Source: Faecalimonas sp. | GTDB taxonomy: Bacteria > Bacillota > Clostridia > Lachnospirales > Lachnospiraceae | Assembly: GCA_029264305.1 (NCBI GenBank) | Contig: JARICA010000021.1 | Coordinates: 35,866-99,865, forward strand | Reading direction: 5' to 3' | Length of the DNA stretch: 64,000 bases | Shown here: positions 1 through 10,127 of the stretch, piece by piece | Layout of the letters: every line of letters starts with the position of its first letter | Numbering within the stretch: position 1 is the stretch's first letter | Program-made: the position numbers and the translations under genes | The notes under the pieces: generated by a model | Seen by the model: the letters and a program-made list of their open reading frames with translations, nothing else | Told to the model about the DNA's origin: nothing | Databases searched by the model: none

Positions 1-1428
1 GGGGTAATAAGATGGATTCGTCTTGCAAATGATACAGCAGTTGCAGTAGATCAACTTGGAGTTCGGCAAGGAGCTGTAGCAGTTTATTTGGACGTGTGGC
101 ACAAAGATTTACCAGAATTTTTGAAATTAAGGACAAATAATGGTGATGATAGAATGAAGGCACATGATGTATTTCCAGCAGTTTGTTATCCGGATTATTT
201 TTGGGAAGAAGCAAGAGATAATCTAGAAGGAGATTGGTATCTGATGTGTCCACATGAAATTTTTTCGGTAAAAGGATATGCTTTGGAGGATTCTTTTGGA
301 GATGAGTGGAAAGAAAAATATTTAGAATGTGTAGCGGATGAAAGAATAGAAAAACGTATTATTCCGATTAAAGATATTATTAGATTGATTATTAAAAGTG
401 CTGTGGAAACAGGGACTCCGTTTACCTTTAATAGAGATCATGTGAATAGAGCTAATCCAAATGGACATAGAGGAATAATTTATTGTAGCAATCTTTGTAC
501 AGAAATTGCACAGAATATGAGTGAAATTGAAGAAGTGGAAGAGCGAATAGAAACAGTGGATGGTGAAACAGTTATAGTTACAGTCACAAAACCAGGTGAA
601 TTTGTTGTGTGTAATTTGGCTAGTTTATCATTAGGGAAATTAGATGTAGAAGATGAACAAGAAGTTTCTGAAATCACTAGTTATGTAGTGAGGGCGTTGG
701 ATAATGTAATTGATTTGAATTTTTTCCCTGTGCCATATGCTAAAATTAATAATGAGAAATATAGACCGATTGGACTTGGAGTGAGTGGATATCATCATAT
801 GCTTGCTAAGCATGGAATTGCATGGGAGAGTGAAAAACATTTAGAATTTGTAGAAAAAATATTTTCACGTATTCATTATGCAGCGATTGAGGCTAGTAGC
901 AATCTAGCGAAAGAGAAGGGAAGTTATCACTATTTTGAGAAAAGTGATTGGCAGACAGGAGAATATTTTGAAAAACGGGGATTAACAGATGAAAAATGGA
1001 GTCAGTTGCGTCAAAAAGTAGAAGTGCAAGGGCTTCGTAATGCATATTTGCTTGCAGCAGCACCAACTAGTAGTACAAGTATTATTTCTGGAACAACAGC
1101 AGGATTAGATCCGATTATGAATCGGTATTTTTTAGAAGAAAAGAAAAATGGATTAATGCCTCGTGTGGCCCCAGAACTTTCATTGGAAACATATTGGTTA
1201 TACAAAAATGCTCATTATATTGATCAAAGCTGGTCTATTAGAGCGTGCGGGGTACGTCAGCGTCATATTGATCAGGCTCAGAGCATGAATCTTTATATTA
1301 CTAATGAATACACATTTAGAAAAGTGTTAGATTTATATATTCTTGCATGGGAAAAAGGGGTAAAAACAATTTATTATATTAGATCCAAAAGTTTGGAAAT
1401 AGAAGAGTGTGAATCTTGTTCGTCGTAG
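1..1428 (+). CDS. nrdA: Class I ribonucleotide reductase alpha subunit (5' part outside window)
   Basis: Frame is open from base 1 (GVIRWIRLANDTAVAVDQLGVRQGAVAVYLDVWH...). Motifs SNLCTEI, CNLASL, APTSSTS and C-terminal CESC redox pair. Confidence 0.95.
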   Translation, partial: GVIRWIRLANDTAVAVDQLGVRQGAVAVYLDVWHKDLPEFLKLRTNNGDDRMKAHDVFPAVCYPDYFWEEARDNLEGDWYLMCPHEIFSVKGYALEDSFGDEWKEKYLECVADERIEKRIIPIKDIIRLIIKSAVETGTPFTFNRDHVNRANPNGHRGIIYCSNLCTEIAQNMSEIEEVEERIETVDGETVIVTVTKPGEFVVCNLASLSLGKLDVEDEQEVSEITSYVVRALDNVIDLNFFPVPYAKINNEKYRPIGLGVSGYHHMLAKHGIAWESEKHLEFVEKIFSRIHYAAIEASSNLAKEKGSYHYFEKSDWQTGEYFEKRGLTDEKWSQLRQKVEVQGLRNAYLLAAAPTSSTSIISGTTAGLDPIMNRYFLEEKKNGLMPRVAPELSLETYWLYKNAHYIDQSWSIRACGVRQRHIDQAQSMNLYITNEYTFRKVLDLYILAWEKGVKTIYYIRSKSLEIEECESCSS

Positions 1429-1444
1429 TTGAAAGGAGTAAAAG

Positions 1445-2488
1445 ATGGAAAGTTTAAGAAAAAGACCGTTATTTAACCCTCGAGGAGATATAGATGTACG
1501 GAAAAGAAAAATGATAGGCGGGAACACAACGAATTTAAATGATTTTAACAATATGAAGTACCCTTGGGTAAGTGATTGGTATAGACAGGCAATGAATAAT
1601 TTTTGGATTCCCGAAGAAATAAATTTAGGAGTAGATGTAAAAGATTATGTTAAATTACCCTGTCCAGAAAAAAGAGCATATAATAAGATATTATCGTTTT
1701 TGATTTTTTTAGATAGTATTCAGACTGCAAATCTTCCTAACATAGGAGAATATATTACAGCTAATGAGATTAATCTTTGTCTCTCTATTCAGTTGTTTCA
1801 AGAAGCGGTGCATAGTCAAAGTTATAGCTATATGCTAGATACAATTTGTGAACCACAGGAAAGAAATGAAGTTCTTTACCAGTGGAAAGAGGATGAGCAT
1901 CTTTTGAAAAGAAATGAGTTTATTGGTAATCTTTATAATAGATTTCAAGAAGAAAAAAGTAAAGAAATACTTGTAAATACTATCGTGGCTAATTACATTT
2001 TGGAAGGAATTTATTTTTACAGTGGATTTATGTTTTTTTATAATTTAGGAAGAAACAACTTGATGCCAGGGTCTGTTCAGGAAATTCGTTATATTAATAG
2101 AGATGAGAATACACATTTATGGTTATTTAGAAATATTTTATTAGAATTAAAACAAGAAGAACCAGATTTATTTCGTAAAGAAGATATAGAACGTTATCGT
2201 AAGATGATTAGAGAAGGATGTGAACAAGAAATAAAGTGGGGGCATTATGTAATTGGAGATGATGTACAAGGGTTGAGTAAAAAAATGATTACAGATTACA
2301 TACAATATCTAGGGAATTTAAGGTGTAGTAATCTTGGTTTTGAACCAATATATGAAGGGCATGAAGAAGAACCAACTAGCATGAAATGGGTTAGCCAGTA
2401 TTCAAATGCAAATGCAATTAAAACAGACTTTTTTGAGGCAAGAAGTACAGCATATGCGAAAAGTAGTGCATTAATAGATGATTTATAG
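1445..2488 (+). CDS. nrdB: Class I ribonucleotide reductase beta subunit
   Basis: FWIPEEI, FLDSIQ, EAVHSQSY (radical Tyr), LEGIYFYSGF, RDENTH; RBS aaaggag; directly after nrdA. Confidence 0.95.
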   Translation: MESLRKRPLFNPRGDIDVRKRKMIGGNTTNLNDFNNMKYPWVSDWYRQAMNNFWIPEEINLGVDVKDYVKLPCPEKRAYNKILSFLIFLDSIQTANLPNIGEYITANEINLCLSIQLFQEAVHSQSYSYMLDTICEPQERNEVLYQWKEDEHLLKRNEFIGNLYNRFQEEKSKEILVNTIVANYILEGIYFYSGFMFFYNLGRNNLMPGSVQEIRYINRDENTHLWLFRNILLELKQEEPDLFRKEDIERYRKMIREGCEQEIKWGHYVIGDDVQGLSKKMITDYIQYLGNLRCSNLGFEPIYEGHEEEPTSMKWVSQYSNANAIKTDFFEARSTAYAKSSALIDDL

Positions 2489-2512
2489 AAGATTAATAAA
2501 ATAGATATAAAA

Positions 2513-2541
2513 AAGGGATTGTCCAATTGGTACAATCCCTT
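2513..2541. terminator. Bidirectional intrinsic terminator between nrdB and rpsT
   Basis: AAGGGATTGT-N9-ACAATCCCTT perfect inverted repeat between convergent genes, with A/T-rich flanks. Confidence 0.8.
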
Positions 2542-2561
2542 ATATTTATTCAACTAACTGA

Positions 2562-2825
2562 TTACATAATCCCGTTAACTGCTTTTGTTAAACGAGAAAC
2601 TTTTCTTGCAGTAGTATTTTTGTGATAAACACCTTTGCTTCCTGCTTTGTTAATTTCAACGATAGCAACTTTTAATGCTTCTGTAGCAGCTGCTTTATCG
2701 TTAGCAGCAACAGCAGCTTCAACTTTTTTAATACAAGTTTTCACTTTAGATTTAATTGCTTTATTTCTAGCAGCTCTTGTCTCGTTTACTAAGATTCTTT
2801 TTTTAGCAGATTTAATATTAGCCAA
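2562..2825 (-). CDS. rpsT: 30S ribosomal protein S20
   Basis: MANIKSAKKRILVNETRAARNKAIKS...; TTG start at 2825 preceded by GGAGGTG. The ORF track start at 2882 is too long. Confidence 0.97.
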   Translation of the reverse strand: MANIKSAKKRILVNETRAARNKAIKSKVKTCIKKVEAAVAANDKAAATEALKVAIVEINKAGSKGVYHKNTTARKVSRLTKAVNGIM

Positions 2826-2957
2826 TCTGAACACCTCCAAATTATGTGAATTTTCAATTATTCTTTCATTAGAGCCGGACACGGAACGTTCTAATGAAAC
2901 ATACTCATTTATTGTAGGCTAATTAACTGTGCTTGTCAATACATATTTCTGAAAAAA

Positions 2958-2988
2958 GTGTAAAACATATGAATAAAAGGAAAAAATA
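2958..2988 (+). promoter_or_regulatory. Candidate sigmaF-type promoter of gpr
   Basis: GTGTA-16 bp-GGAAAAAATA resembles GYWTA-15/16-GGnnAnAnTA; gpr is a forespore gene in Bacillus and Clostridium. Confidence 0.4.
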
Positions 2989-3006
2989 TAATGAAAGAGG
3001 TATGTA

Positions 3007-3972
3007 ATGGTTGAAAAATATGCAATAAGAACAGATTTAGCGTTAGAAGAAAAAGAAAGATTTGAGGCAGATAATATAGAAGTACAAGGAGTTGTTTTGG
3101 AAGAAGAATATGACAAAGAACGAGAGATAAAAGTAACCAGGGTAATGGTTGAGACAGAAAATGGAGCAAAAACCATGGGAAAACCTGTTGGGACCTATAT
3201 TACATTAGAAGTACCAAATCTTATAGTGCCTGATGAGGATTATCATAGAGAAATTTCTGAAAAATTAGCGCAATTAATAGAAGAATTAATAAAAGAAAAA
3301 AAGAAAGAATATAATGTACTTGTGATTGGCCTTGGGAATAGAGAAGTAACGCCGGATGCGTTAGGTCCCTATGTTGCGGATAATCTCATAGTTACGCGTC
3401 ATATCATTAAAGAATATGGGAAATATGCAATGGGTGAAAAGAATATTCATATGGTGAGCGCCATTGTGCCAGGTGTAATGGGAAAAACGGGGATGGAGAC
3501 AATGGAAATTGTAAATGGGATTGTAAAGGAAACAAAACCAGATTTTCTTATTGCGATAGACGCACTAGCGGCTAGAAGTACAAAACGTTTGAATCGTACA
3601 ATACAAATAGCAGATACAGGAATACATCCTGGCGCCGGTGTTGGGAATAATAGAGGTGGTATTACAAAAGAAACAGTAGGAATTCCAGTTATTGCTATAG
3701 GTGTTCCTACAGTTGTAGATGCTGCGACTATCGTGAATGATACAATGGAAAATTTTTTGGTAGCACTTGAAAGTTCTGAAATGTTAAAAGGTGTGGGTGT
3801 AGTGTTGCAAGGATATAATGCGGCAGAAAAATACGAATTGATTAGAGAATTAATTTCGCCACATTTAAATGGTATGTTTGTTACACCAAAAGATATAGAT
3901 GAAACGATGAAAAGAATTAGTTATACTATTTCGGAGGCACTTAATATTTTGTTTTCCACTGGACAGGCGTAA
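3007..3972 (+). CDS. gpr: Germination protease GPR (peptidase A25)
   Basis: RTDLA N-terminus, GLGNREVTPDALGP, IAIDALAAR, PKDID; canonical position divergent from rpsT. Confidence 0.95.
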   Translation: MVEKYAIRTDLALEEKERFEADNIEVQGVVLEEEYDKEREIKVTRVMVETENGAKTMGKPVGTYITLEVPNLIVPDEDYHREISEKLAQLIEELIKEKKKEYNVLVIGLGNREVTPDALGPYVADNLIVTRHIIKEYGKYAMGEKNIHMVSAIVPGVMGKTGMETMEIVNGIVKETKPDFLIAIDALAARSTKRLNRTIQIADTGIHPGAGVGNNRGGITKETVGIPVIAIGVPTVVDAATIVNDTMENFLVALESSEMLKGVGVVLQGYNAAEKYELIRELISPHLNGMFVTPKDIDETMKRISYTISEALNILFSTGQA

Positions 3973-3998
3973 TAAAAATGAAATGTTTTTCATATATT
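3970..3998 (+). promoter_or_regulatory. sigmaE-type promoter of spoIIP
   Basis: TAATAAA-14 bp-CATATATT matches the mother-cell sigmaE consensus. Confidence 0.6.
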
Positions 3999-4029
3999 GG
4001 TAAATATTTGATTGAATATTGTTTGAAAG

Positions 4030-5235
4030 GTGGGAGAAAATTTGAGGGTTAGAAAAAATGTAATAAAAGTGTTTCTACAAGGTGTAATACTGTGTATGGG
4101 AGGATATGTTTTATATAATGGAGGTATTAGAATTGCAGATGATTTAAAAGAAGAGATGAATACTGTTTTGCAAAGAGAGGCTGAAAATACATTTATGAGT
4201 AATTTGGCTTATGTAAATAAAGAAAAAAAGAATTTGCAAGAATGGGTTACCAATCGGGCGATGGAGATGCTGCCTCTTGGCAGCTACATAAATGGGAAAG
4301 CGACTTGTGAGGCTGAAGTGGAAGATGAAATGACGTATGAAATGATTTTGGCAAAACAGGCTGAAGATGAGAATGAAGTGGATGAAAATGGGAAATTAGT
4401 AAAAAAAGAAGATGAACATATACAAGAACAAGTAAAAAAAGAAGCACAACCTATAAATAAAAGTAAGATGGACTTATCTGTAGATAAGCTGAAGGATTTT
4501 GAATATTTGCGAAGTCATTTTTATACAGTAGATAGTTCCACTTTTGTAAATGCAGAAGATTTGCAAGCGGAACAATTACTAAGTAAGAATTTAAAATTGA
4601 ATAAAAATAAAAAAGGACCTAAAATTTTACTCTATCATACACATTCACAGGAAGCGTTTGCGGATTCTATACCAGGAGATGCAAATACCACTGTTGTAGG
4701 TGTAGGAAGATACTTGGCAAAATTATTAAATGAAAAATATGGAATTGAAACATTGCATCATGAAGGAATTTATGATATGAAAGATGGAAAAATAGATAGA
4801 ACACGAGCGTACGAAAGAGCAAAGGGAAATATTCAAAAAATTCTAAATGATAATCCAAGTATTGAGATGGTGATTGACCTGCATCGAGATGGGGTGGGAG
4901 AAAATACTAGATTAGTAACAGAAGTGAATGGAAAGCCTGCTGCAAAACTAATGTTTTTTAATGGAATGAGTAGGACAAGAACAAATGGGAAATTAACTGT
5001 TTTACAAAATCCTTATATACAAGACAATCTTGCATTGTCATTGCAGATGAAGATAGAAGCGGAGAAAAGGTATCCTGGATTGACAAGAAATATTTATTTA
5101 AAAGGATATCGATATAATATGCATATGAAGCCTAAAACACTCTTGATCGAAGGTGGTGCACAAACGAACACAGTGGCAGAGATTATGAATTCGATGAATT
5201 ATCTTGCGGAAATTTTAAATGCGGTTGTAGGGTAA
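4030..5235 (+). CDS. spoIIP: Stage II sporulation protein P (amidase/endopeptidase)
   Basis: LYHTHSQEAF, IDLHRDG, RYNMH, LIEGGAQTNT motifs; N-terminal TM segment; follows gpr. Confidence 0.92.
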   Translation: MGENLRVRKNVIKVFLQGVILCMGGYVLYNGGIRIADDLKEEMNTVLQREAENTFMSNLAYVNKEKKNLQEWVTNRAMEMLPLGSYINGKATCEAEVEDEMTYEMILAKQAEDENEVDENGKLVKKEDEHIQEQVKKEAQPINKSKMDLSVDKLKDFEYLRSHFYTVDSSTFVNAEDLQAEQLLSKNLKLNKNKKGPKILLYHTHSQEAFADSIPGDANTTVVGVGRYLAKLLNEKYGIETLHHEGIYDMKDGKIDRTRAYERAKGNIQKILNDNPSIEMVIDLHRDGVGENTRLVTEVNGKPAAKLMFFNGMSRTRTNGKLTVLQNPYIQDNLALSLQMKIEAEKRYPGLTRNIYLKGYRYNMHMKPKTLLIEGGAQTNTVAEIMNSMNYLAEILNAVVG

Positions 5236-5253
5236 AGTTTTTTGTGATACACT
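5225..5253 (+). promoter_or_regulatory. sigmaA-type promoter of parE-parC
   Basis: TTGTAG-17 bp-TACACT with extended -10 TG. Confidence 0.45.
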
Positions 5254-5316
5254 AATGATAATTTGGCGAATTTTGCTCTTAAGGGCAAAAGGTAGATAGG
5301 AAAGGAATGCGTATAA

Positions 5317-7239
5317 ATGGCAAAGAAAAATACATATGATGCAGATAGCATATCAATACTAGAAGGGCTAGAAGCTGTTCGTGTAAGACCAGGAATGTAT
5401 ATTGGAAGTGTATCTACAAAAGGATTGAATCATTTGGTATATGAAATTGTGGATAATGCGGTTGATGAGCATTTGGCTGGATTTTGTAATCGTATAGAAG
5501 TGACTTTGGAAAAAGATGGATCAGCAACCGTTAGTGATAATGGAAGAGGAGTTCCAGTTGGACTGCATCAAAAGGGTGTATCTGCTGCACGTATTGTGTA
5601 TACGACACTTCATGCAGGTGGAAAATTTGATGATTCTGCTTATAAAACAAGTGGTGGTTTACATGGGGTTGGATCTTCTGTCGTAAACGCACTTTCGACC
5701 TATATGGATGTAAAGATAAGTAGGGAAGGGGCAGTTCATCATGATCATTACGAACGTGGAATTCCAACAATTGAGTTAGAAGATGGACTTCTTCCGATTA
5801 TTGCAAAAACAAGAAAAACAGGGACAACTGTAAATTTTCTTCCTGATGATACAATTTTTGAAAAAACGAGATTTAAAGCGGAAGAAATTAAAAGTAGATT
5901 ACATGAAACAGCATATTTAAATCCAACATTGACGATTGTTTTTGAAGATAAGCGTGCAGCGGAGATAGAGCGTGTCGAATATCATGAACCTGATGGGATT
6001 CTTGGATTTATAGCAGATTTGAATAAAAAGAAAGAAACAGTACATGAGCCGGTGTATTTCAAAGGAGAAGCGGATGGAATAGAAGTTGAAGTGGCTTTTC
6101 AGTATGTAAATGAATTTCATGAAAATGTACTTGGATTTTGCAATAATATTTATAATGCAGAAGGTGGAACGCATTTGACAGGATTTAAGTCCACTTTTAC
6201 GATGGTGATGAATCAGTATGCAAGAGAAATAGGTTTGCTAAAAGAAAAAGATCCTAATTTTACTGGAGCGGATATACGAAATGGAATGACGGCGATTGTA
6301 TCGATAAAACATCCAGACCCAAGGTTTGAAGGACAGACAAAGACAAAATTAGATAATCAAGATGCCGGAAAATCGGCAAGTAAAGTAACGAATGATGAAA
6401 TTACTAGATTCTTCGATAAGAACTTAGATACATTGAAAAAAGTACTTTCATGTGCGGAGAAAGCAGCAAAGATTAGAAAAACAGAAGAGAAAGCAAAAAC
6501 GAATCTATTGACAAAGCAAAAGTATTCTTTTGATAGCAATGGTAAATTAGCGAATTGTGAAAGCAGAGATGCCAGTAAGTGTGAAATTTTTATTGTGGAA
6601 GGGGATTCTGCCGGTGGTTCGGCAAAGACGGCAAGGAATCGTCAGTTTCAAGCAATTTTGCCAATTCGTGGAAAAATTTTGAATGTTGAAAAAGCAAGTA
6701 TAGATAAAGTGCTGGCAAATGCAGAAATTAAAACAATGATTAATGCTTTTGGATGTGGGTTTTCTGAAGGATATGGAAATGATTTCGACATTTCAAAATT
6801 GCGATATAACAAAATTATTATTATGGCGGATGCTGATGTAGATGGAGCGCATATTTCTACACTATTATTGACGCTATTTTATCGGTTTATGCCAGAACTC
6901 ATTTTTGAAGGTCATGTGTATATTGCTATGCCCCCACTTTATAAAGCGACGACAAAAAAAGGCGAGGAAGAATATCTTTATGACGATCAAGCTTTAGAGA
7001 AATACAGAAAAAATCATAAAGGTACATACACCTTACAAAGATATAAGGGTTTGGGAGAAATGGATGCGGAACAATTATGGGATACAACATTAAATCCAGA
7101 AACAAGAATGCTAAAACTCATTGAAATAGAGGACGCAAGAATGGCATCTAGCGTAACAGAAATGCTTATGGGAACAGAAGTTCCGCCAAGACGGGCGTTT
7201 ATTTATGAAAATGCAAGGGAAGCTGAATTAGATATATAA
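5317..7239 (+). CDS. parE: Type II topoisomerase B subunit, probably topoisomerase IV ParE
   Basis: GHKL ATPase (EIVDNAVDE, DNGRG, GGLHGVG) and TOPRIM (EGDSAGG, PIRGK, DADVDG). Assigned to ParE because its partner lacks a GyrA-box. Confidence 0.75.
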   Translation: MAKKNTYDADSISILEGLEAVRVRPGMYIGSVSTKGLNHLVYEIVDNAVDEHLAGFCNRIEVTLEKDGSATVSDNGRGVPVGLHQKGVSAARIVYTTLHAGGKFDDSAYKTSGGLHGVGSSVVNALSTYMDVKISREGAVHHDHYERGIPTIELEDGLLPIIAKTRKTGTTVNFLPDDTIFEKTRFKAEEIKSRLHETAYLNPTLTIVFEDKRAAEIERVEYHEPDGILGFIADLNKKKETVHEPVYFKGEADGIEVEVAFQYVNEFHENVLGFCNNIYNAEGGTHLTGFKSTFTMVMNQYAREIGLLKEKDPNFTGADIRNGMTAIVSIKHPDPRFEGQTKTKLDNQDAGKSASKVTNDEITRFFDKNLDTLKKVLSCAEKAAKIRKTEEKAKTNLLTKQKYSFDSNGKLANCESRDASKCEIFIVEGDSAGGSAKTARNRQFQAILPIRGKILNVEKASIDKVLANAEIKTMINAFGCGFSEGYGNDFDISKLRYNKIIIMADADVDGAHISTLLLTLFYRFMPELIFEGHVYIAMPPLYKATTKKGEEEYLYDDQALEKYRKNHKGTYTLQRYKGLGEMDAEQLWDTTLNPETRMLKLIEIEDARMASSVTEMLMGTEVPPRRAFIYENAREAELDI

Positions 7240-7250
7240 TGGAGGTAAAT

Positions 7251-9491
7251 ATGCAGGAATCACAATTGATAAGGACCGAATACTCGGAAGTAATGAAAAA
7301 ATCATATATTGATTATGCAATGAGTGTTATTGTTGCTAGAGCTCTTCCGGATGTAAGAGATGGTTTGAAACCGGTACAAAGAAGAACGTTGTATGATATG
7401 TATGAATTAGGAATAAAATATGATAAACCATATCGTAAATCTGCCCGTATTGTAGGAGATACAATGGGAAAATATCATCCTCACGGAGATAGTTCCATTT
7501 ATGAATCGCTAGTTGTTATGGCGCAGGATTTTAAAAAAGGGATGCCTCTTGTAGATGGACATGGAAATTTTGGATCAATCGAAGGTGATGGTGCGGCGGC
7601 GATGCGTTATACAGAAGCACGATTGGCACGCATCACGCAAGAAGTGTACCTTTCGGATTTGGATAAAGACATTGTGGACTTTGTGCCGAATTTTGATGAA
7701 ACTGAGAAAGAACCAGAAGTGTTGCCTGTTCGTGTACCCAATCTTTTGATAAATGGTGCAGAAGGAATTGCAGTTGGTATGGCAACAAGTATTCCTACGC
7801 ATAATTTAGGAGAAGTTATCGATGCTGTGAAGGCATATATGAAAAATAACGAGATTACTACAAAACAATTAATGAAGTATGTCAAAGGACCAGATTTTCC
7901 AACAGGAGCTATTGTTGTTAATAAAGATGATTTGCTTTCGATATATGAAACGGGTACAGGGAAAATCAAACTACGAGGAAAAGTAGAAGTTGAGGAAGGA
8001 CGAGGAGGGAAAAAGAAACTTGTTATTTCAGAAATTCCGTATACAATGATTGGTACCGGAATTGGAAAGTTTTTAAATGATGTGGCGGCTCTCGTGGAAA
8101 CGAAAAAGACAAGCGATATAGTAGATATTTCTAATCAATCCTCGAAGGAAGGAATTCGAATTGTTTTAGAATTAAAAAAGGATACAGATGTAGAAAATCT
8201 GAAAAATATGCTGTATAAGAAAACGCGGTTAGAAGATACTTTTGGTGTAAATATGCTTGCTGTTTCTGACGGGAAACCAGAAACGATGGGATTGAAAAAA
8301 ATTATTGAACATCATGTTGACTTTCAATTTGAACTTGCTACAAGAAAGTATAAGAATCTTCTTGGAAAAGAGTTGGAAAAAAAGGAAATTCAAGAAGGTT
8401 TGATTAAAGCGTGTGATGTTATTGATTTGATTATAGAAATTTTAAGAGGAAGCAAGTCAATTAAAGATGTTAAAGCTTGTTTGATGAGTGGGATTACAGA
8501 TAACATTACATTTAAGTCAGAAGATTCTAAAGATATGGCGGCTATGTTAAGATTTACAGAGCGTCAAGCTACAGCTATTTTGGAAATGCGGTTGTATAAA
8601 CTTATTGGACTTGAAATAGAAGCGTTGAAGAAAACATATAAGGAAACGATGGAAAATATCTTGCGTTATGAAGATATCTTAAATAATTATGAGTCTATGG
8701 CAGAAGTGATCATTGAAGAATTAGATTATTATAAGAAGATGTATGGAAAAAAACGTCGAACAGTGGTTGAAAATGCAGAGGAAGCAATTTATGAAGAAAA
8801 GAAGATTGAAGAACAGGACGTAGTTATTTTGATGGATCGTTTTGGTTATATAAGAACGATAGATACGGCGACTTATGAAAGGAATAAAGAGTCTGCAAAT
8901 GGGGAAAATAAGCATATTATATTTTGTAAAAATACAAGTAAGATCTGCTTGTTCACCAATATAGGCAAGATGCATCAAGTGAAAGTGCTGGATATTCCTT
9001 TTGGAAAATTTAGAGATAAAGGGACGCCGGTGGATAACTTGAGTAATTATGATAGCACAGAAGAAAATATTGTTTATCTTTGTGACGAAGAACAGTTACA
9101 TACGGCGAAAATGTTATTTGCAACAAAATATGGAATGATAAAACAAGTAGATGGATCGGAATTTGTTGTTGCAAAACGAACAATTACTGCAACAAAGTTA
9201 CAAGAAGAGGATGAATTGATATCTATACAACCTATAAATAAAAATCAAAATATTGTCTTGCAGACAGAAGATGGTTACTTCCTTCGTTTCTTGGCAGAAG
9301 AAGTTGCTGAGAAGAAAAAAGGAGCTATTGGAGTTCGAGGAATTAAACTACAGAAGAAAGATGTTTTGGAAAAGGTGTATCTTTTTGAAGAAGGAACAGA
9401 GGCAAAAGTTCCTTATAAAGAAAAAGAAGTTACATTGAATAGACTAAAACTTGCAAAACGAGATGGAATGGGAACAAAGGCGAGAGGATAG
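7251..9491 (+). CDS. parC: Type II topoisomerase A subunit, probably topoisomerase IV ParC
   Basis: HPHGDSSIY, AAMRYTEAR catalytic Tyr; no QxRGGxG GyrA-box seen; short CTD. ATG 7251 follows GGAGGT. Confidence 0.75.
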   Translation: MQESQLIRTEYSEVMKKSYIDYAMSVIVARALPDVRDGLKPVQRRTLYDMYELGIKYDKPYRKSARIVGDTMGKYHPHGDSSIYESLVVMAQDFKKGMPLVDGHGNFGSIEGDGAAAMRYTEARLARITQEVYLSDLDKDIVDFVPNFDETEKEPEVLPVRVPNLLINGAEGIAVGMATSIPTHNLGEVIDAVKAYMKNNEITTKQLMKYVKGPDFPTGAIVVNKDDLLSIYETGTGKIKLRGKVEVEEGRGGKKKLVISEIPYTMIGTGIGKFLNDVAALVETKKTSDIVDISNQSSKEGIRIVLELKKDTDVENLKNMLYKKTRLEDTFGVNMLAVSDGKPETMGLKKIIEHHVDFQFELATRKYKNLLGKELEKKEIQEGLIKACDVIDLIIEILRGSKSIKDVKACLMSGITDNITFKSEDSKDMAAMLRFTERQATAILEMRLYKLIGLEIEALKKTYKETMENILRYEDILNNYESMAEVIIEELDYYKKMYGKKRRTVVENAEEAIYEEKKIEEQDVVILMDRFGYIRTIDTATYERNKESANGENKHIIFCKNTSKICLFTNIGKMHQVKVLDIPFGKFRDKGTPVDNLSNYDSTEENIVYLCDEEQLHTAKMLFATKYGMIKQVDGSEFVVAKRTITATKLQEEDELISIQPINKNQNIVLQTEDGYFLRFLAEEVAEKKKGAIGVRGIKLQKKDVLEKVYLFEEGTEAKVPYKEKEVTLNRLKLAKRDGMGTKARG

Positions 9492-9505
9492 TATGAAATC
9501 CCCTC

Positions 9506-9534
9506 TTGCTTTTATAAGAAAGCAGTGTTATACT
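9506..9534 (+). promoter_or_regulatory. sigmaA promoter of rimP-nusA-infB operon
   Basis: TTGCTT-17 bp-TATACT with TG extension. Confidence 0.6.
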
Positions 9535-9560
9535 ATAACATAGTTACATAAGAAATTGAC

Positions 9561-9594
9561 AGAAGAGTGGACGCAAAGTTCACTCTTCTTTGTT
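9561..9594 (+). terminator. Leader attenuator hairpin upstream of rimP
   Basis: AGAAGAGTGGAC-gcaaa-GTTCACTCTTCT followed by a weak TTGTT tract, in the 5' leader between promoter and rimP. Confidence 0.6.
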
Positions 9595-9641
9595 GCAGTG
9601 TGTATAATGGCAGAGTTATTTTAGAAGAAAGGAAGGTTAGT

Positions 9642-10109
9642 GTGTCAAAAAAAGAGGTATACGAACAAAAAACAGAAGAACTTTTGTTGCCAATAGTAGA
9701 AGAACATGGATTTGAATTAGTAGATGTAGAATATGTGAAAGAGGGAGGTACGTGGTATCTTAGAGCATATATTGATAAGCCGGGAGGAATTGCGGTGGAT
9801 GATTGTGAAGTGGTAAGTAGAGCTTTTTCAGATATTCTTGATGAGAAAGATTATATTGAGGATACGTATATTTTTGAAGTGAGTTCCCCTGGACTTGGAA
9901 GACCTTTGAAAAAGGAAAAAGATTTTGTAAGAAGCATGGGAGAAGAAGTTGAGATAAGAACGTATCGTGCTATTGAACGCCAAAAAGAATTTGTTGGAAT
10001 TTTAAAAGGGTATGATAAGGATACGGTAACAATTGAAATGGAAGATGGTTCGGAAAGGATATTTGAAAAAAATGATATTGCCTTAATTCGGTTGGCATTT
10101 GATTTTTAA
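9642..10109 (+). CDS. rimP: Ribosome maturation factor RimP
   Basis: ELVDVEYVKEG, DDCEVVSR, EVSSPGLGRPL; GTG start after GGAAGG. Confidence 0.95.
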   Translation: MSKKEVYEQKTEELLLPIVEEHGFELVDVEYVKEGGTWYLRAYIDKPGGIAVDDCEVVSRAFSDILDEKDYIEDTYIFEVSSPGLGRPLKKEKDFVRSMGEEVEIRTYRAIERQKEFVGILKGYDKDTVTIEMEDGSERIFEKNDIALIRLAFDF

Positions 10110-10127
10110 AATAGGGAGGAAATAGAA

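Noticed and set aside
1445-2488. Possible unusual (class Ic/Ie) RNR beta subunit
   Set aside because: The radical Tyr and the expected D/E/H metal ligands are present; no intein or intron was seen in either subunit within the window.
7470-7520. Possible quinolone-resistance mutation in ParC
   Set aside because: QRDR reads HGDSSIYE, with wild-type Ser and Glu.
9567-9641. N-terminal extension of RimP in the ORF track
   Set aside because: It overlaps the leader hairpin; the RBS supports GTG at 9642. Track starts for rpsT, parC, infB, rbfA, uppS, the response regulator, bceA and rsmF were shortened for the same reason.
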